This document shows, piece by piece, positions 9,250 through 20,267 of a DNA stretch of 64,000 nucleotides (position 1 is the first letter of the stretch; the number at the start of each line of letters is the position of its first letter). The DNA is from Trypanosoma brucei (lineage: Eukaryota), in contig CP000070.1 in the NCBI GenBank assembly GCA_000002445.1, positions 1,536,001 through 1,600,000 on the forward strand, read 5' to 3'. The notes below the pieces were generated by a model. The model was not told the DNA's origin. It saw only the letters and a program-made list of their open reading frames with translations, and did no database searches. A program made the position numbers and the translations under genes.

Positions 9250-11457
9250 ATGATGGAGGGAGCAACGCAGTCCTCACTGAGCCAAATACCCGTTCATGAC
9301 AGGGTTCTGTTGAGCGGTAACATGGACAGCGTAGATGATGATTTAGAAACTGTGATCTTTAGTGATGGGGAGGACAATCTTGAAACTTGTACAGTAGTGA
9401 CAGAAACGGATTCAGATGGAGACGCGGGGCAGCACCTTCGGGGGGCAACTAACGGCGGTGCAGCCAACCGCTTACACTCGCAACACACGTTAGGGGATTA
9501 CTCGGATCATACAGTACAGCGCACAAATAATATTCCCCCCACTCCCGCTCCGGCTATGGCCCCGGTCTCAGCTTCGTCCCTCGTTACTTCAATTGTTCCC
9601 GAACCTCAGCTACCCGTCTCCTTTTCTTCGCAAGCTTTTCCGGTTATCTTACCGGTTATGCAAATGACATGGGAACTGCTCGCACCAGTAGCCGCTGAGG
9701 AAGGGGTGGAGAGAGAAGGGGAAGTTGGGAAGCAACAGTCGGGTGGAAAATTTTGTGTGCGTTATTGTTTGGCATCAAAATATGGTGAACCCCTACGACC
9801 TACGGATATCAACGAATCGGCGCTACCGGAGAGACTTACCTGTGCGTGCAGAATGGGTCGGGATGACATTCCTCAGCCGATGAAGGCCCTGCGGACAAAT
9901 GGAAGAAATCAACAGACCTTACTATACAAGCACACAATTTCTCGCGAGCACTGTGTCGTGCGGTTTCATTTCAAATTGCAATGTGCCCCTCAAGGATCTG
10001 CTGCGGCGGCTCCTTCGGGACAGAAACCGTTCTACAAGTGGACATCCTTTGACGTCACGGATTTGTCATCCAGCAACGGTACATACTGCCGTACAGTAAG
10101 ATTGTTTCCTTCGCACCGCTACAGCTTCCCTTTAACGAGGACAAACGCTGCTCAGTGCGTGGAGTTGCAGCTTGGGACCCACTATCAATGCACCATACGT
10201 GTATTGGGTGGCAATTCTATTGCTAATTGTAGTCGCCTGGTCAGCTCATCGGATGCATCGTCCACAGCAGTGGCGGCAGTCGATGCTTCCGTGCAGTTCT
10301 CCCCTTCACCTGAAGTTGTGCTGACCAATTTTCCACCACCTAAGAAGGTGCCTAGGATTTACAACGGATGTTCCCCCTTTTACGTGGAAGATGAATATGA
10401 CAATGACAACAGCAATAATAATAATAATATTGATGGTGTTTCCTCTTCTCTGGCCACTAAACCTGGTTACACCCAGCAGGAGCCGAAGGAGAAGTTGGGT
10501 TGTGCAACAGTTGAGGAGTCCCCGATGCCTCGTCCAGTCAGACAAAGCTGTGAAGAGGTCAGTAATACTGCGCCGTCGACTCTTCCAAAGCAAACAACTG
10601 TGGAAGCGGAGGGGACGAGCGGAAATGCACACAGAACAAGTACTAACCAAACTGACAGTCGGCGCGGGACAGTGACACCCTCCGTCGAGGTGCTGTCAAG
10701 TAAGGTGAAGGAACCCAAGTGTTCATTAACTGTTGTCACCACTGGCATCCACTGCAAACAGGGTGTTATGCAAAGCTTGTTGCACATGAATATTTACATG
10801 AATCCTGACATTTCGAACTATAAGAAGGTAACGCATCTTGTTATTAAAGGCCCACTCGTGCGCAGCATCAAGCTTTTAACAGTGTTGCCATACGTGCATC
10901 ACCTTGTGAACGTTGAATGGTTTGAGGGTATCCTCTCGTGCATCCCAAAAGACCCCATGAAGCGGCCACCAAACCTAGCGGCAGTGCTCGAAAAGTTTAA
11001 TCCCAGTGACTTCACTTACAGTGAAGAGCCCAGCGCTGACAGTATTGAGGTTCTTAACGATTTTTCCCTGAAAGCGCTGATGGACACACCGCCAGAGAAG
11101 CGTCAGGCGCTCTTCGAGGGGCTTGTCTTTTATCTCCATCCCGCTGCGAAGCCGCAGAGTGACGCTGATAATAATCTTCGCCGTGTCATTGTTGCTTCTG
11201 GTGGTACCGTCACGCGAAGAGCCGCGTTGGCATCTGTTGCCATCCTACCGGAAGCTAACATGTGCGGCACCGGGGTGGCCTGGGAAGGGGTGGCGAAGTG
11301 CCGAAAGGAGCCCCTGTGCATTTTTGTTACAACTGAAGATTTATTTCGAAGCGTGCTTCAGCAGCGGCGGTTGACTGCAACGACAGTGCAACGTCCACCG
11401 GGTTGCACGGCATTACCACCTTCCCCGCAATCTAGACAAAAACGGAAAAGGAGTTGA
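9250..11457 (+). CDS. Hypothetical protein with an FHA-like domain (about aa 225-330) and a C-terminal BRCT-like domain (about aa 600-700), 735 aa
   Basis: ATG at 9250. The FHA consensus is visible: SREHCVVRF...FDVTDLSSSNGTYCRTVRL. This matches the conserved Ser-Arg-x-His, Asp-Leu-x-Ser-x-Asn-Gly-Thr and following hydrophobic residues. The C-terminal segment RQALFEGLVFYLHP...RRVIVASGGTV resembles the BRCT Phe-x-Gly...Gly-Gly pattern. The C-terminal KRKRS could act as a nuclear localisation signal. Domain calls are made by eye. Confidence 0.6.
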   Translation: MMEGATQSSLSQIPVHDRVLLSGNMDSVDDDLETVIFSDGEDNLETCTVVTETDSDGDAGQHLRGATNGGAANRLHSQHTLGDYSDHTVQRTNNIPPTPAPAMAPVSASSLVTSIVPEPQLPVSFSSQAFPVILPVMQMTWELLAPVAAEEGVEREGEVGKQQSGGKFCVRYCLASKYGEPLRPTDINESALPERLTCACRMGRDDIPQPMKALRTNGRNQQTLLYKHTISREHCVVRFHFKLQCAPQGSAAAAPSGQKPFYKWTSFDVTDLSSSNGTYCRTVRLFPSHRYSFPLTRTNAAQCVELQLGTHYQCTIRVLGGNSIANCSRLVSSSDASSTAVAAVDASVQFSPSPEVVLTNFPPPKKVPRIYNGCSPFYVEDEYDNDNSNNNNNIDGVSSSLATKPGYTQQEPKEKLGCATVEESPMPRPVRQSCEEVSNTAPSTLPKQTTVEAEGTSGNAHRTSTNQTDSRRGTVTPSVEVLSSKVKEPKCSLTVVTTGIHCKQGVMQSLLHMNIYMNPDISNYKKVTHLVIKGPLVRSIKLLTVLPYVHHLVNVEWFEGILSCIPKDPMKRPPNLAAVLEKFNPSDFTYSEEPSADSIEVLNDFSLKALMDTPPEKRQALFEGLVFYLHPAAKPQSDADNNLRRVIVASGGTVTRRAALASVAILPEANMCGTGVAWEGVAKCRKEPLCIFVTTEDLFRSVLQQRRLTATTVQRPPGCTALPPSPQSRQKRKRS

Positions 11458-12340
11458 ATGTTTTCTTTTTTTATTTTTCAGTTTTATTTTATTTTGTTTC
11501 TGTGTTGTTCCGGCTGTTTTGCGCTTATGCCACACACACACACACACACTAGAAAACATGAAGGACTTTATATGTTTGCTTAAGCCGGTGTACGATTATA
11601 CATATATATGCAATTATTATCTTTATTGTCATTACTATATGAATGCAACGTATATGTCGACCTGTGCGTCTGGAGGCCAAAGTAAAGAAATATATACCTA
11701 CATTTATATACATAAATGCAAATATAATAATATATATATGCATCTACCAACATCTTATTTATAGACGCATTCCTTTATATACCGTCGTATTTTGCCCGTA
11801 CCCCCATCCCATTCTTGTGCGTACTCCTCGTTTTTAAAAATATTTTCTCTTTTTTAACTCTATTTGACCGATTCCTTTTCTGTGTCCACATTTATGTTTT
11901 TGTACGTTGGTTGCGGAGAAGCATGATGATGCGTCGCTGTTTTCAACTTTAAATGCATTTAGCATTCACGTATGCGTGTATGTTTCGACGTTTGTGCGCA
12001 CGTGAACCTTTCTTGTATCTGTAGCTGCTGCTTTTCAAGCGTTGACACGTTAGCGTCCCCGGGCTATTGCTGGTTAGGGGGTGGCCCAGATATTTGCTCC
12101 CATTCATAAGTAAATAAACACAAGTATGTGTATATGTATGTGAAGCTGCAGACTCGTTGCATTCCTTCTCTCTTTCTTCCCTGTCATATTAATTTTGATT
12201 GCGTCGTGTGCGGAGGCGAAGGAGAACAGGCACAAGGTAAAAAAGACACCGACGCGCATATTTTGGTTGTCTGTGTACTTCAACAATATAGCGTAGTGAC
12301 TAACTCGAGACGAGGTAATCGATCTTCGTGCTCAAGGATC

Positions 12341-13840
12341 ATGCTACGGTCCTTTAGAAGTAATGCTTTTGGCCTATTAATACCCGGAGCTTGTACCATT
12401 CGTGGTCGGCATTTGCCTGTCTCTTCGTTGGAGGGCACTGTAGGTTTTACTCGTTTAACCTCCGCACGGGCTTTGTTTTCAGCCACACATTTACTCTGGC
12501 GGAGGCAGCATGGACCCACCAACGTCCTCTTCCAACTTGATGCGCTGCCACCAAACTTGCAGCGGGAATTTCACAAGGATGAAAATGCAGTGAACTTGAC
12601 ATATCTAGTCGACCTCCCTTCCTCCAAAATAGCATCGTCTCATGAGGACAGTAGTGACGGCACTACTAAGAGTGATACCAAGAGCCCGGTTATTAAGGTG
12701 CTTCCCACATGGGCCCACATTGTAACATGGTGTTGTGCCACTTGTGGATGCCAGTGGTCGGCTCGTCCAGTGGACCGTACAGATCCACAGGTGGCTGCAT
12801 TTTACAGTTGTCCGAGATGCGCGGCCCGCACGGCGAAAAAACACTGTTCAGACACCCCGCTGGCGGTCTCGCCCAGTACTCCTTCGTTCCCTCCGGGGAG
12901 ACGGTTTGCGGAGGCATTTCCCCTGCTTGCAGCACAGTGGGATGCATGTCGTAACAGTGTAATTCACAACAAGGTACTTTTTGAGTCCGTCGCCGATGTG
13001 CCACTGCCTTGCGCCACCATCGTGTGGTGGTCGTGTCCCCATTGCGGGGAGCCGTGGAGGGAGTCAGTAAACTCGCGCGTTCAGCGGTTAGTGCAACAAC
13101 AACAGAAACACTCGTCGAACGGGAATGTGAAAAGCAATAACACATGTATCCCGCTGTGCCCCTCATGCGAAGACCGTGGTTTGTCACTAACAGTTCCCAA
13201 AGATGGTAACGAGGGGTCAAAGGAGAAATCATCTAGTGAGCGGCGAAGCAAAAAGAAAGGTAACCAGAATAGTGAATTGAAACGCTTCTTGAAGGACAGT
13301 CCCCTGCTTCTCGCCGAGGCCCAGTTGCAACCACATGAAGATCCTGGAACCATTGCACTGCGTAGCAACAAGTTGGTTTGCTGGAAGTGCCGCAGGTGCA
13401 CCTATGAATTTGTTGCCTCAGTTGCCGACCGCTTCCTTCGTTACAAACGGTGTCCGCAGTGCACCGGGGAAAAACGCACACCACTTAACCTTCTTTCCAT
13501 CCAGCGTCCCGATGTCCTTCGTGAGATTGCACGAACAGTGGTCAGAGGAAAACTGTTGAAGATGACCGTCCACGATGACACAGTCGTCCCATTCGTTTGT
13601 CGCAGCTGTTTGTCCATCTACCGCATGCCCATTCGCCTCCGCTGCCTACTGCCTGAAGGGGCAACAGCTTGTTCAAAGTGTATGTGGAGTCGATCAAAGT
13701 TTACAAGAGAGGTCGTTTCCGTTGGTAAAGGACAAAAGGGTGCTCCCTTCCGTTCACCACCAAAGAAGAAAAGGGGGAGGGATTCGTATGCCGTAGTGGA
13801 TAATGAGTTGCACTTACGCGATACTGATCTCATGAATTGA
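12341..13840 (+). CDS. Hypothetical multi-zinc-ribbon protein with mitochondrial-presequence-like N-terminus, about 499 aa
   Basis: Track ORF 12128 starts at GTG in a pyrimidine tract; the first plausible ATG is at 12341. The N-terminus MLRSFRSNAFGLLIPGACTIRGRHL is Arg/Ser/Ala-rich with no acidic residues. There are at least four repeats of a W-x-C/CC-x2-C-G-x-x-W ... C-P-x-C pattern. Examples are WCCATCGCQW...CPRC, WWSCPHCGEPW...CPSC, CWKCRRCTYEF...CPQC and CRSC...CSKC. Confidence 0.6.
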   Translation: MLRSFRSNAFGLLIPGACTIRGRHLPVSSLEGTVGFTRLTSARALFSATHLLWRRQHGPTNVLFQLDALPPNLQREFHKDENAVNLTYLVDLPSSKIASSHEDSSDGTTKSDTKSPVIKVLPTWAHIVTWCCATCGCQWSARPVDRTDPQVAAFYSCPRCAARTAKKHCSDTPLAVSPSTPSFPPGRRFAEAFPLLAAQWDACRNSVIHNKVLFESVADVPLPCATIVWWSCPHCGEPWRESVNSRVQRLVQQQQKHSSNGNVKSNNTCIPLCPSCEDRGLSLTVPKDGNEGSKEKSSSERRSKKKGNQNSELKRFLKDSPLLLAEAQLQPHEDPGTIALRSNKLVCWKCRRCTYEFVASVADRFLRYKRCPQCTGEKRTPLNLLSIQRPDVLREIARTVVRGKLLKMTVHDDTVVPFVCRSCLSIYRMPIRLRCLLPEGATACSKCMWSRSKFTREVVSVGKGQKGAPFRSPPKKKRGRDSYAVVDNELHLRDTDLMN

Positions 13841-14414
13841 CATTATTTGCTCAATAAACGTTGGGAAGGGGACATACACGGCTGTGAAGGAAAAGTTATG
13901 TACGTCTATGACACTCTGTGTTGGTGGTGTTGTGTGCAGTCAGTACCTTTTTGTATCTGTATCTGTATCTGTATCAGTGTTTGTTTTGTGTATTTTCGAA
14001 GCTAGGGATAACTCAGCGTAATGTCCCCCTTGACTGTTTCGCTGTTTTAGGTGTGGGATAGGGCTTTCTACCTAAAGAATGTTCGTAATCTGTGATTGCC
14101 TTGCTCCAACTGCAAATGGTTCGCGTTTCTCTTGACCTCGACCTTTACCTTTACCTCTACCCTTCGGTCCCGCAGCCTCTACTCTCAAAGCAGCGGACGT
14201 GCTTGAGGAAAGGTATTTGATAATATCATCAAAGGGGAAAAAGGGTCGACAGACCTCATCCGACAGCAAAGGCAATAGCAGGGGTTCACCAGACAGCGGG
14301 AGCCTTCGCCTCTGGGCACGAGAAGTAATAGTAGTGTATAATTCAAAGGTGGGAAATACACGAGCGCACACGCGATACGCACACGCATCTCAATAAAGTT
14401 TAACCTTTTAAAGG

Positions 14415-17400
14415 ATGGTTTCACGTGCACCGTCTTTCAGCGTGCCTAACGCAGTAGGAGTTCCGCAGGTTGACGATATCGCCCTGTTTTTATGTGGCCG
14501 CGCGATTGCGGCGGAGTGGCCCAAAGTATCTGCTGCAAATGCATCGGCAGCGGAGGCACTGGCTGCATGGTACCTCACGAAGGTGGCGCAGATGCATGAG
14601 CGTCCAACCACAGACACCAAAGGGGCATCGAACCTCGGCATGGAAGAACGGTCACCCGTAAGGGAGGCGGAATACTACCAAACTAACGAAGCGAATTTTT
14701 CCGATGCGTTCGAAGCTCTGTCACGCCCTGCTGGTGAGATCGACGCACTCGTAACACAAAAACTAGACAGGGAAGATCATCAACGCGGGTGGGGTCTTTC
14801 AAAGAATCTTTTAGATGGTTTTGCAAAGACATCGGGTCTCTTATTAACTGAGAAAGATATCATGGCCATTGATGATGAAATGAAAAGGAGCTTCAGGTGC
14901 TTTGAAGAGTTACTTGACATTTGCCTCCACTTTGGAGAAACGACCCATTGCAACAATTTTATATACCATATCATCTGTTTCAACATCGATAACACAGCGC
15001 TGTCTAGCCACACCACCCAAATGCTTTGGAACGAAATGGGCATTGATGATCGCGCTGCCGTTATACTCCCTGTGCTGTCAAGACTTTTTAGTGTGTGCGA
15101 CGAATTAGGTTCTCAGCATGCTGCAGGAAGTATCACACATTCCTTTATTGTGTGGTTAGGCGTGAGTTGGAACTGTGCATCATTTAGTTGGCAGACCCAT
15201 GTTTCCCGGGTGACTGGCTGTCTACTCGCAGAGCTGGAAAAGAAATTAATACTTGTGAGAAAAGATCCTGCTGCGCTAACGGCTGGTTTGCGTGACGACT
15301 CCACACCGCATGCACGTAGAGGCTCGAGGGCGAAGCCATCGCAGAAGGCTTTTGGAGTATCTGGAAGCAATCGACAGTTAAATATCGTCAGCATGCACAA
15401 GGCAATGCGTCGCATCTGTGAGGGGCGTACTCTAGATTCAAAGGGTTTGCTCGAGGCACTTGTGGAGAGCGGATCTGGCGCTGCACTACCTTTGCGTGAC
15501 TACAACAATGTTTTAGAATATATTTTTAGTGAACAGGCTCATGGTGGAGCCGTGGGCACTCAGGAATCGCAACAACAGCAGTGGCACCACTCGATTCTTT
15601 CTAATATAATGAATGGTGTGCTCCTATACTCACAGTTTTACCTCTCTGTGAGGTCGCTCGAGGCCTCACTACGTTGCGCACAGATGGGAGTTCTAGTGGG
15701 TCATCAGTGGCGTTCCAGCGAGCTTCTCACCATAGCGCATTACAACAGTTTTCTTGTGCATGTTGCATGCCAAGACACTCCGGCCGCTGCTGGTGACATC
15801 GCTATTATGCTCCAACTTGCTGATGCAGCCACGCGGAGAGACGGGAATGCGGAAACAGACGTCAATGCTCCGCGATTCCGCGCTGGGTGCTTAGGTTACA
15901 TGGGTGCGGCTCTGTTACTTCTGATATCCCCTGGAACTGTAGACACATCACTTCGGTCCATTATAATCACTGGCATCGTGGCAGGGGTTCGCCCAACGTC
16001 AGAAACTGCAGGTGGTGCTGGAAACATGCGTTGTGGAGGCAGTGGTAGCGTTAGTAGTAATGCAAACGCCTTGCTTTGCACAGCCGCGGAGGCTGCGACA
16101 GGTGGTGGTTCTGTTGTGGTTCAGACAACAGCACAGACAGTACGCCACGCCTTATGGCTATCCGAAATGGAGGCCTTCCTTGATCCTTCGTCGACCGTTT
16201 CGACAGAGGTTATTACATCTGTTGCAAGGGCGACATTGATGCTGATTGCCGGTCACTACGGCGTTTGCACGTGCACGAAACCAATAGACAGCGACTCCCT
16301 CGCCCAGCAGTTGAGTCTAATCGAGGAATCCACACTTGACTCTACTAACAATGTACCCGAGCCCTCAGAGCTCCTCCTCCGTGAGACCATGCGACTGACG
16401 GCGCACCACGCTCTAGCCGTTCAAGTTGGCACAGCAGAGGCGCCATCCGGCGCCGGTCCCTTTAGGATCCTGCACACGTATTTAACAGCCGTGGAGAAAC
16501 ACTACGGCGCGAGCGGGCTGGCCGCAGTGGAGCAGAACTTCTTTTTTGTCTCTACTTACCGTTTCTTATGTGCCATGTGGTTACGCACGTGTGGTTACTT
16601 GAAGTCGGCTTATCAAGAGCTCACTCGGCTGGTAGAAAGCATGCTCTTCTACAGTCGCTGTGGATCCGATTCTCACAACGAAAATGTGTCAACACCGGCA
16701 CCAACTACCAGGAAGGCGTCCACGCAGCCAAACTTGCATACAAACGCAGACCTGCTTGGAGTTGACGAGCATTTGTTGGGCGAAAGTCCAGTGAAAATGG
16801 CTGGTTCCACCGTCAAGGAGGAGGAAACGCTGCAGTTTTGGCCGCCAGATCATCTCCTCCTTTGGCAACATGTGCAGTTTGAACGAGCGCAACTGGCTCA
16901 CTATCTTGGGTACTCTTGTGTGATTCTTGAAATAAGTGAAACGCTACGGCGTGTTAGTGCGGCGAGTCACTTCGTTATGGGTGTATTGTATGCCGACTTA
17001 ATTGCCGCAATGACATGGACGCAGCGGAAGAATTACTTTGGTGCTCTCCAGGCGCTAGAAAAGATAGAAAGCAACGCCGAGAGTATCGGACTGACGCTCG
17101 TGCAAACCCATGCTCGAGTGCGACGGGTTTCCATTCTTCTTGCCTGTAGCCGTTGGCAGGAAGCACTCGATACGCTTCGTGTCATGCAACCCATTCCTTC
17201 CCTGCTGGAGCATTGGTACCTCCTCACTCACTTGCACGCACAAAGTGAAGTGTTGATGGCGTGTCCCGACGCAACGGAGGGAGATCTTGCAACTGTTGTG
17301 GACCGGCATATACAAGAGATGGAGATGTGTGGATCTTTTGTGGACGTAACGGGAAAAGAGGATTCTGTAGGTATTACATTGCTCGATAAAATGTGCCTTT

Positions 17401-17606
17401 ATGCTTGCATCGATCGACACTCTGCGGCACTCCCCGGGCGGGGGCGGCAATCTTGGGATGAATGTTTAAATGTACTGGCACGGGAACTGCAGCAACGTCA
17501 GTTGCAAGAGGGGAAGTGGCAAGTGCTGTGGAACATGCCCATGCGGAATGTCTGCAATGAGGTGCTTTCGAATGCATTACTTAAGAGGGTGCTGAAAACA
17601 TCCTAA
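14415..17606 (+). CDS. Hypothetical protein, 1063 aa, no domain recognised
   Basis: Uninterrupted ATG-initiated + strand ORF of 3.2 kb with ordinary, non-repetitive amino-acid composition. A pyrimidine-rich tract lies upstream (14100-14200). An ORF this long is improbable by chance at this GC content. Confidence 0.7.
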   Translation: MVSRAPSFSVPNAVGVPQVDDIALFLCGRAIAAEWPKVSAANASAAEALAAWYLTKVAQMHERPTTDTKGASNLGMEERSPVREAEYYQTNEANFSDAFEALSRPAGEIDALVTQKLDREDHQRGWGLSKNLLDGFAKTSGLLLTEKDIMAIDDEMKRSFRCFEELLDICLHFGETTHCNNFIYHIICFNIDNTALSSHTTQMLWNEMGIDDRAAVILPVLSRLFSVCDELGSQHAAGSITHSFIVWLGVSWNCASFSWQTHVSRVTGCLLAELEKKLILVRKDPAALTAGLRDDSTPHARRGSRAKPSQKAFGVSGSNRQLNIVSMHKAMRRICEGRTLDSKGLLEALVESGSGAALPLRDYNNVLEYIFSEQAHGGAVGTQESQQQQWHHSILSNIMNGVLLYSQFYLSVRSLEASLRCAQMGVLVGHQWRSSELLTIAHYNSFLVHVACQDTPAAAGDIAIMLQLADAATRRDGNAETDVNAPRFRAGCLGYMGAALLLLISPGTVDTSLRSIIITGIVAGVRPTSETAGGAGNMRCGGSGSVSSNANALLCTAAEAATGGGSVVVQTTAQTVRHALWLSEMEAFLDPSSTVSTEVITSVARATLMLIAGHYGVCTCTKPIDSDSLAQQLSLIEESTLDSTNNVPEPSELLLRETMRLTAHHALAVQVGTAEAPSGAGPFRILHTYLTAVEKHYGASGLAAVEQNFFFVSTYRFLCAMWLRTCGYLKSAYQELTRLVESMLFYSRCGSDSHNENVSTPAPTTRKASTQPNLHTNADLLGVDEHLLGESPVKMAGSTVKEEETLQFWPPDHLLLWQHVQFERAQLAHYLGYSCVILEISETLRRVSAASHFVMGVLYADLIAAMTWTQRKNYFGALQALEKIESNAESIGLTLVQTHARVRRVSILLACSRWQEALDTLRVMQPIPSLLEHWYLLTHLHAQSEVLMACPDATEGDLATVVDRHIQEMEMCGSFVDVTGKEDSVGITLLDKMCLYACIDRHSAALPGRGRQSWDECLNVLARELQQRQLQEGKWQVLWNMPMRNVCNEVLSNALLKRVLKTS

Positions 17607-18225
17607 AATGCAGCGTGTAGGGTACTGTAAAAGAGGTGTGGATTGCGGAAACTCGGTGAGAGCAATAACTGGTATATTTTTTGAGGGAGTGGACGTTCTT
17701 TTTTTTTTTTTAAATAACGATTACCCAATAGTTTTGGTATTCGGGGAAGAACAGTAAATTCCTATTGTGGCATATGATGATAGAGGGAGAGGGAAGCGAT
17801 AGTTTCATGGAAATTTGCTGTTAGCAACTCGAACAGCTGCAACAAAAATACCATTGGACGTTTACACGCACACAAACAAACGCAAACTACATTCCCCTTT
17901 TCCCTGTGTACGGAACTTGGCTCACTCATTTAACCATCGCTTTCTTCACGCTCGCTTCCATATGGAGAACTGTATTGTTGTCTTTCCAAATGGTGTATCA
18001 TGCACCGGATACAATAAAATTCGTCTTTAACGCTTCCTGTTTCTATGTTTTTTTGATATGTCCCTACACCGCCCCCCCCCCTTCTCTTTCCCCTTCACCT
18101 CTTTATTTCATTGATGTATGCAACCCAAAGCTCCGCAGCAGTAGCAGTAAAGATATAAAAAGAAATATATTACATATATATATCAAGTGAAGGAACAGCT
18201 CTAACGACTCTCATCACTTATTACC

Positions 18226-18633
18226 ATGTCGGAATACGCAGATTGCACGGAAGTGGCTAAGAAGGCGCTTGAGTTTCGCCAGCAGTTTTACCAACTGTTA
18301 GATAACCCAGAGAGGCGGGGTGATATTGTTGCCTTGTATGCTCCAAACACACCTCTCCTTTGCGAATGGAATGGACATGCCCTCCCAGACACCGCTTCCA
18401 TCGCTGCATATCTCGGCGGATTACCCCGTACAAATCACAAAGTTGATTGTGTGGATGCGCAACCGCTTCCGGGTAATGAACGGGCGGACTCATTTCTCAT
18501 GACAGTCCATGGCGTAGTCACATATGATGATGAACATAAGAGGGAATTCTTTCAGAGGTTTGTTATTAGAAAGGTAGAAGAGCGGTATTACATAATGAAT
18601 GATTATTATCGCTGGTTAAGTGAAAAGGAGTAA
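18226..18633 (+). CDS. NTF2: Nuclear transport factor 2 (NTF2)-like protein, 135 aa
   Basis: Its length and motif order match the NTF2 fold: FxQQFYQLLDN, then Leu-Tyr and Leu-x-W-x-G, then I-x-x-L-x-x-LP and H-x-V-x-x-V-D-x-QP, then a terminal hydrophobic beta segment. Called by eye against the canonical NTF2 sequence. Confidence 0.6.
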   Translation: MSEYADCTEVAKKALEFRQQFYQLLDNPERRGDIVALYAPNTPLLCEWNGHALPDTASIAAYLGGLPRTNHKVDCVDAQPLPGNERADSFLMTVHGVVTYDDEHKREFFQRFVIRKVEERYYIMNDYYRWLSEKE

Positions 18634-20267
18634 AGACTGCAACGTTCATCTATTTGGTGGTGTAAGTGGCAAATCGCGGCCATCTGGCTCCTCAATTTCT
18701 TTTTGTGTCCATATTATAAAAGGAGGTTTCACTCAGCTCTCTTTTTTTTTCTTTTGTTACGCCCCATTTTTTGACAAGTGGGATACAAAAATACTAAAGA
18801 ATGATGCAAAAAAAAAAAATGACGAGGAGGAAGTTAAAGAAAAGAGTGAGGGAGGGGAGTATATATATATATATATATAATATGATAAGACGGACGAATC
18901 TTTTACAAAGGGGACCAATAGTGGTAAATAGGATGTATTTCTGCTTGTCGTGACGTCAGAAATATTGAAGGAAGTAGTTGGAGGGGAGAGCAATTGTACG
19001 ATTGGGGGTTTGTGGATAAATGAGTGTGTGTGTGGGGGAAAAAGATGTTTGTTTGTTTGTTTGTTTTCTTCAGTTGGTGCTATTATTTCCTTCAGGAAAA
19101 GGAAGGGACAGGCATGGTGTGGTGTGGTGTGATATCTAAAAAAAAAAAAGAAAGGAAGGAAGAAACAACTTATGTGTTTCGTTGGTGATGAAATTTAATC
19201 GGATAATATCGTCTCATCTTTGTCTCTCTGTCACTCTTCTTTTTCAAGTAGTGGTGAACTGAGAGCAGTGATGAAACGTAAGTTAGTGGTGAGTGTTGTG
19301 TGAACGCTTATATGTTGCTAAAAATAAATTAATAAATAGCACTAACGATAAACAAACTGTCAGTGTTTATTCGTATTATTATTCCCCTTTTTTATATATC
19401 TTTAAAGGGAAAACTCCTCTCTTTTTTTTTATATCTTTGATTCACTTCTCCTGTCTCCTCCACTTTTCTTCTTTTTTTATTCTCGTGGTTGCCATTGTCG
19501 CTGATTCTTATCCTCATCACCTCTTCAAAGCATAAATGCTGACAAGAGCATGAGATATATGGAGAGAGATATTAAAAAGAAGGACATAAAACTTATATTT
19601 GCAGTTTGTCTTATAACAAACTGATGATTAGAATGTAAAGAATAGTTAGAATGAATGCTTTTTAAAAAAAAAGAAAGAAAGGAAGGAAGGGAATGAAATA
19701 GCGAGCGGAAAAGGCAAGAGCAGGGATAAATGTCATCCCTTCTTGGAAAGGGGTGGGACTCACAAATATAAGTGCACAAAATAAGTAAACAAATGCAATT
19801 CTGGCCCGATTTCAAATTCCCCGTCTGTCGCCTTTTCCACATGCGTAATAAGCGCGGAAACGAACCGCGGTGGAGATTGGCACGTGGCGACGCGGTAATA
19901 ATAATAATAACTGACAGGAATTGTGAAAAGTGGGAATTAGCAGCTAAATGGTGACAAACTCACTGAAAGGGTTATGGAGGGAAATAACATCGGCTTCAGC
20001 AATAATAGAGGTAATTTTTTTTTCAACTTTTGCGTTTCGTGATATATTACCATCTAGTAATGGTTTGTGGCAAAAATATGAACGCACCCACTTTTTAGGT
20101 TTCCACATACACACACTTCCGCCACACGGAAAAGCACACGAGCCTGGTTCTTCTTTTAATGTTATTCGGTTAGTTCAAATATAGGTAGTAGAAAGCGAAG
20201 AGAAAGATCAAGAGAAGTATAGTAAAAAAAAAGAAGAAAAGAAAGATATACAAGGACAGTAGTTGAG

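Noticed and set aside
12128-12340. 5-prime extension of the zinc-ribbon ORF (MYMYVKLQTRCIPSLFLPCH...)
   Set aside because: It is GTG-initiated in the track and runs across a pyrimidine-rich tract. The first ATG after the tract (12341) gives a presequence-like N-terminus.
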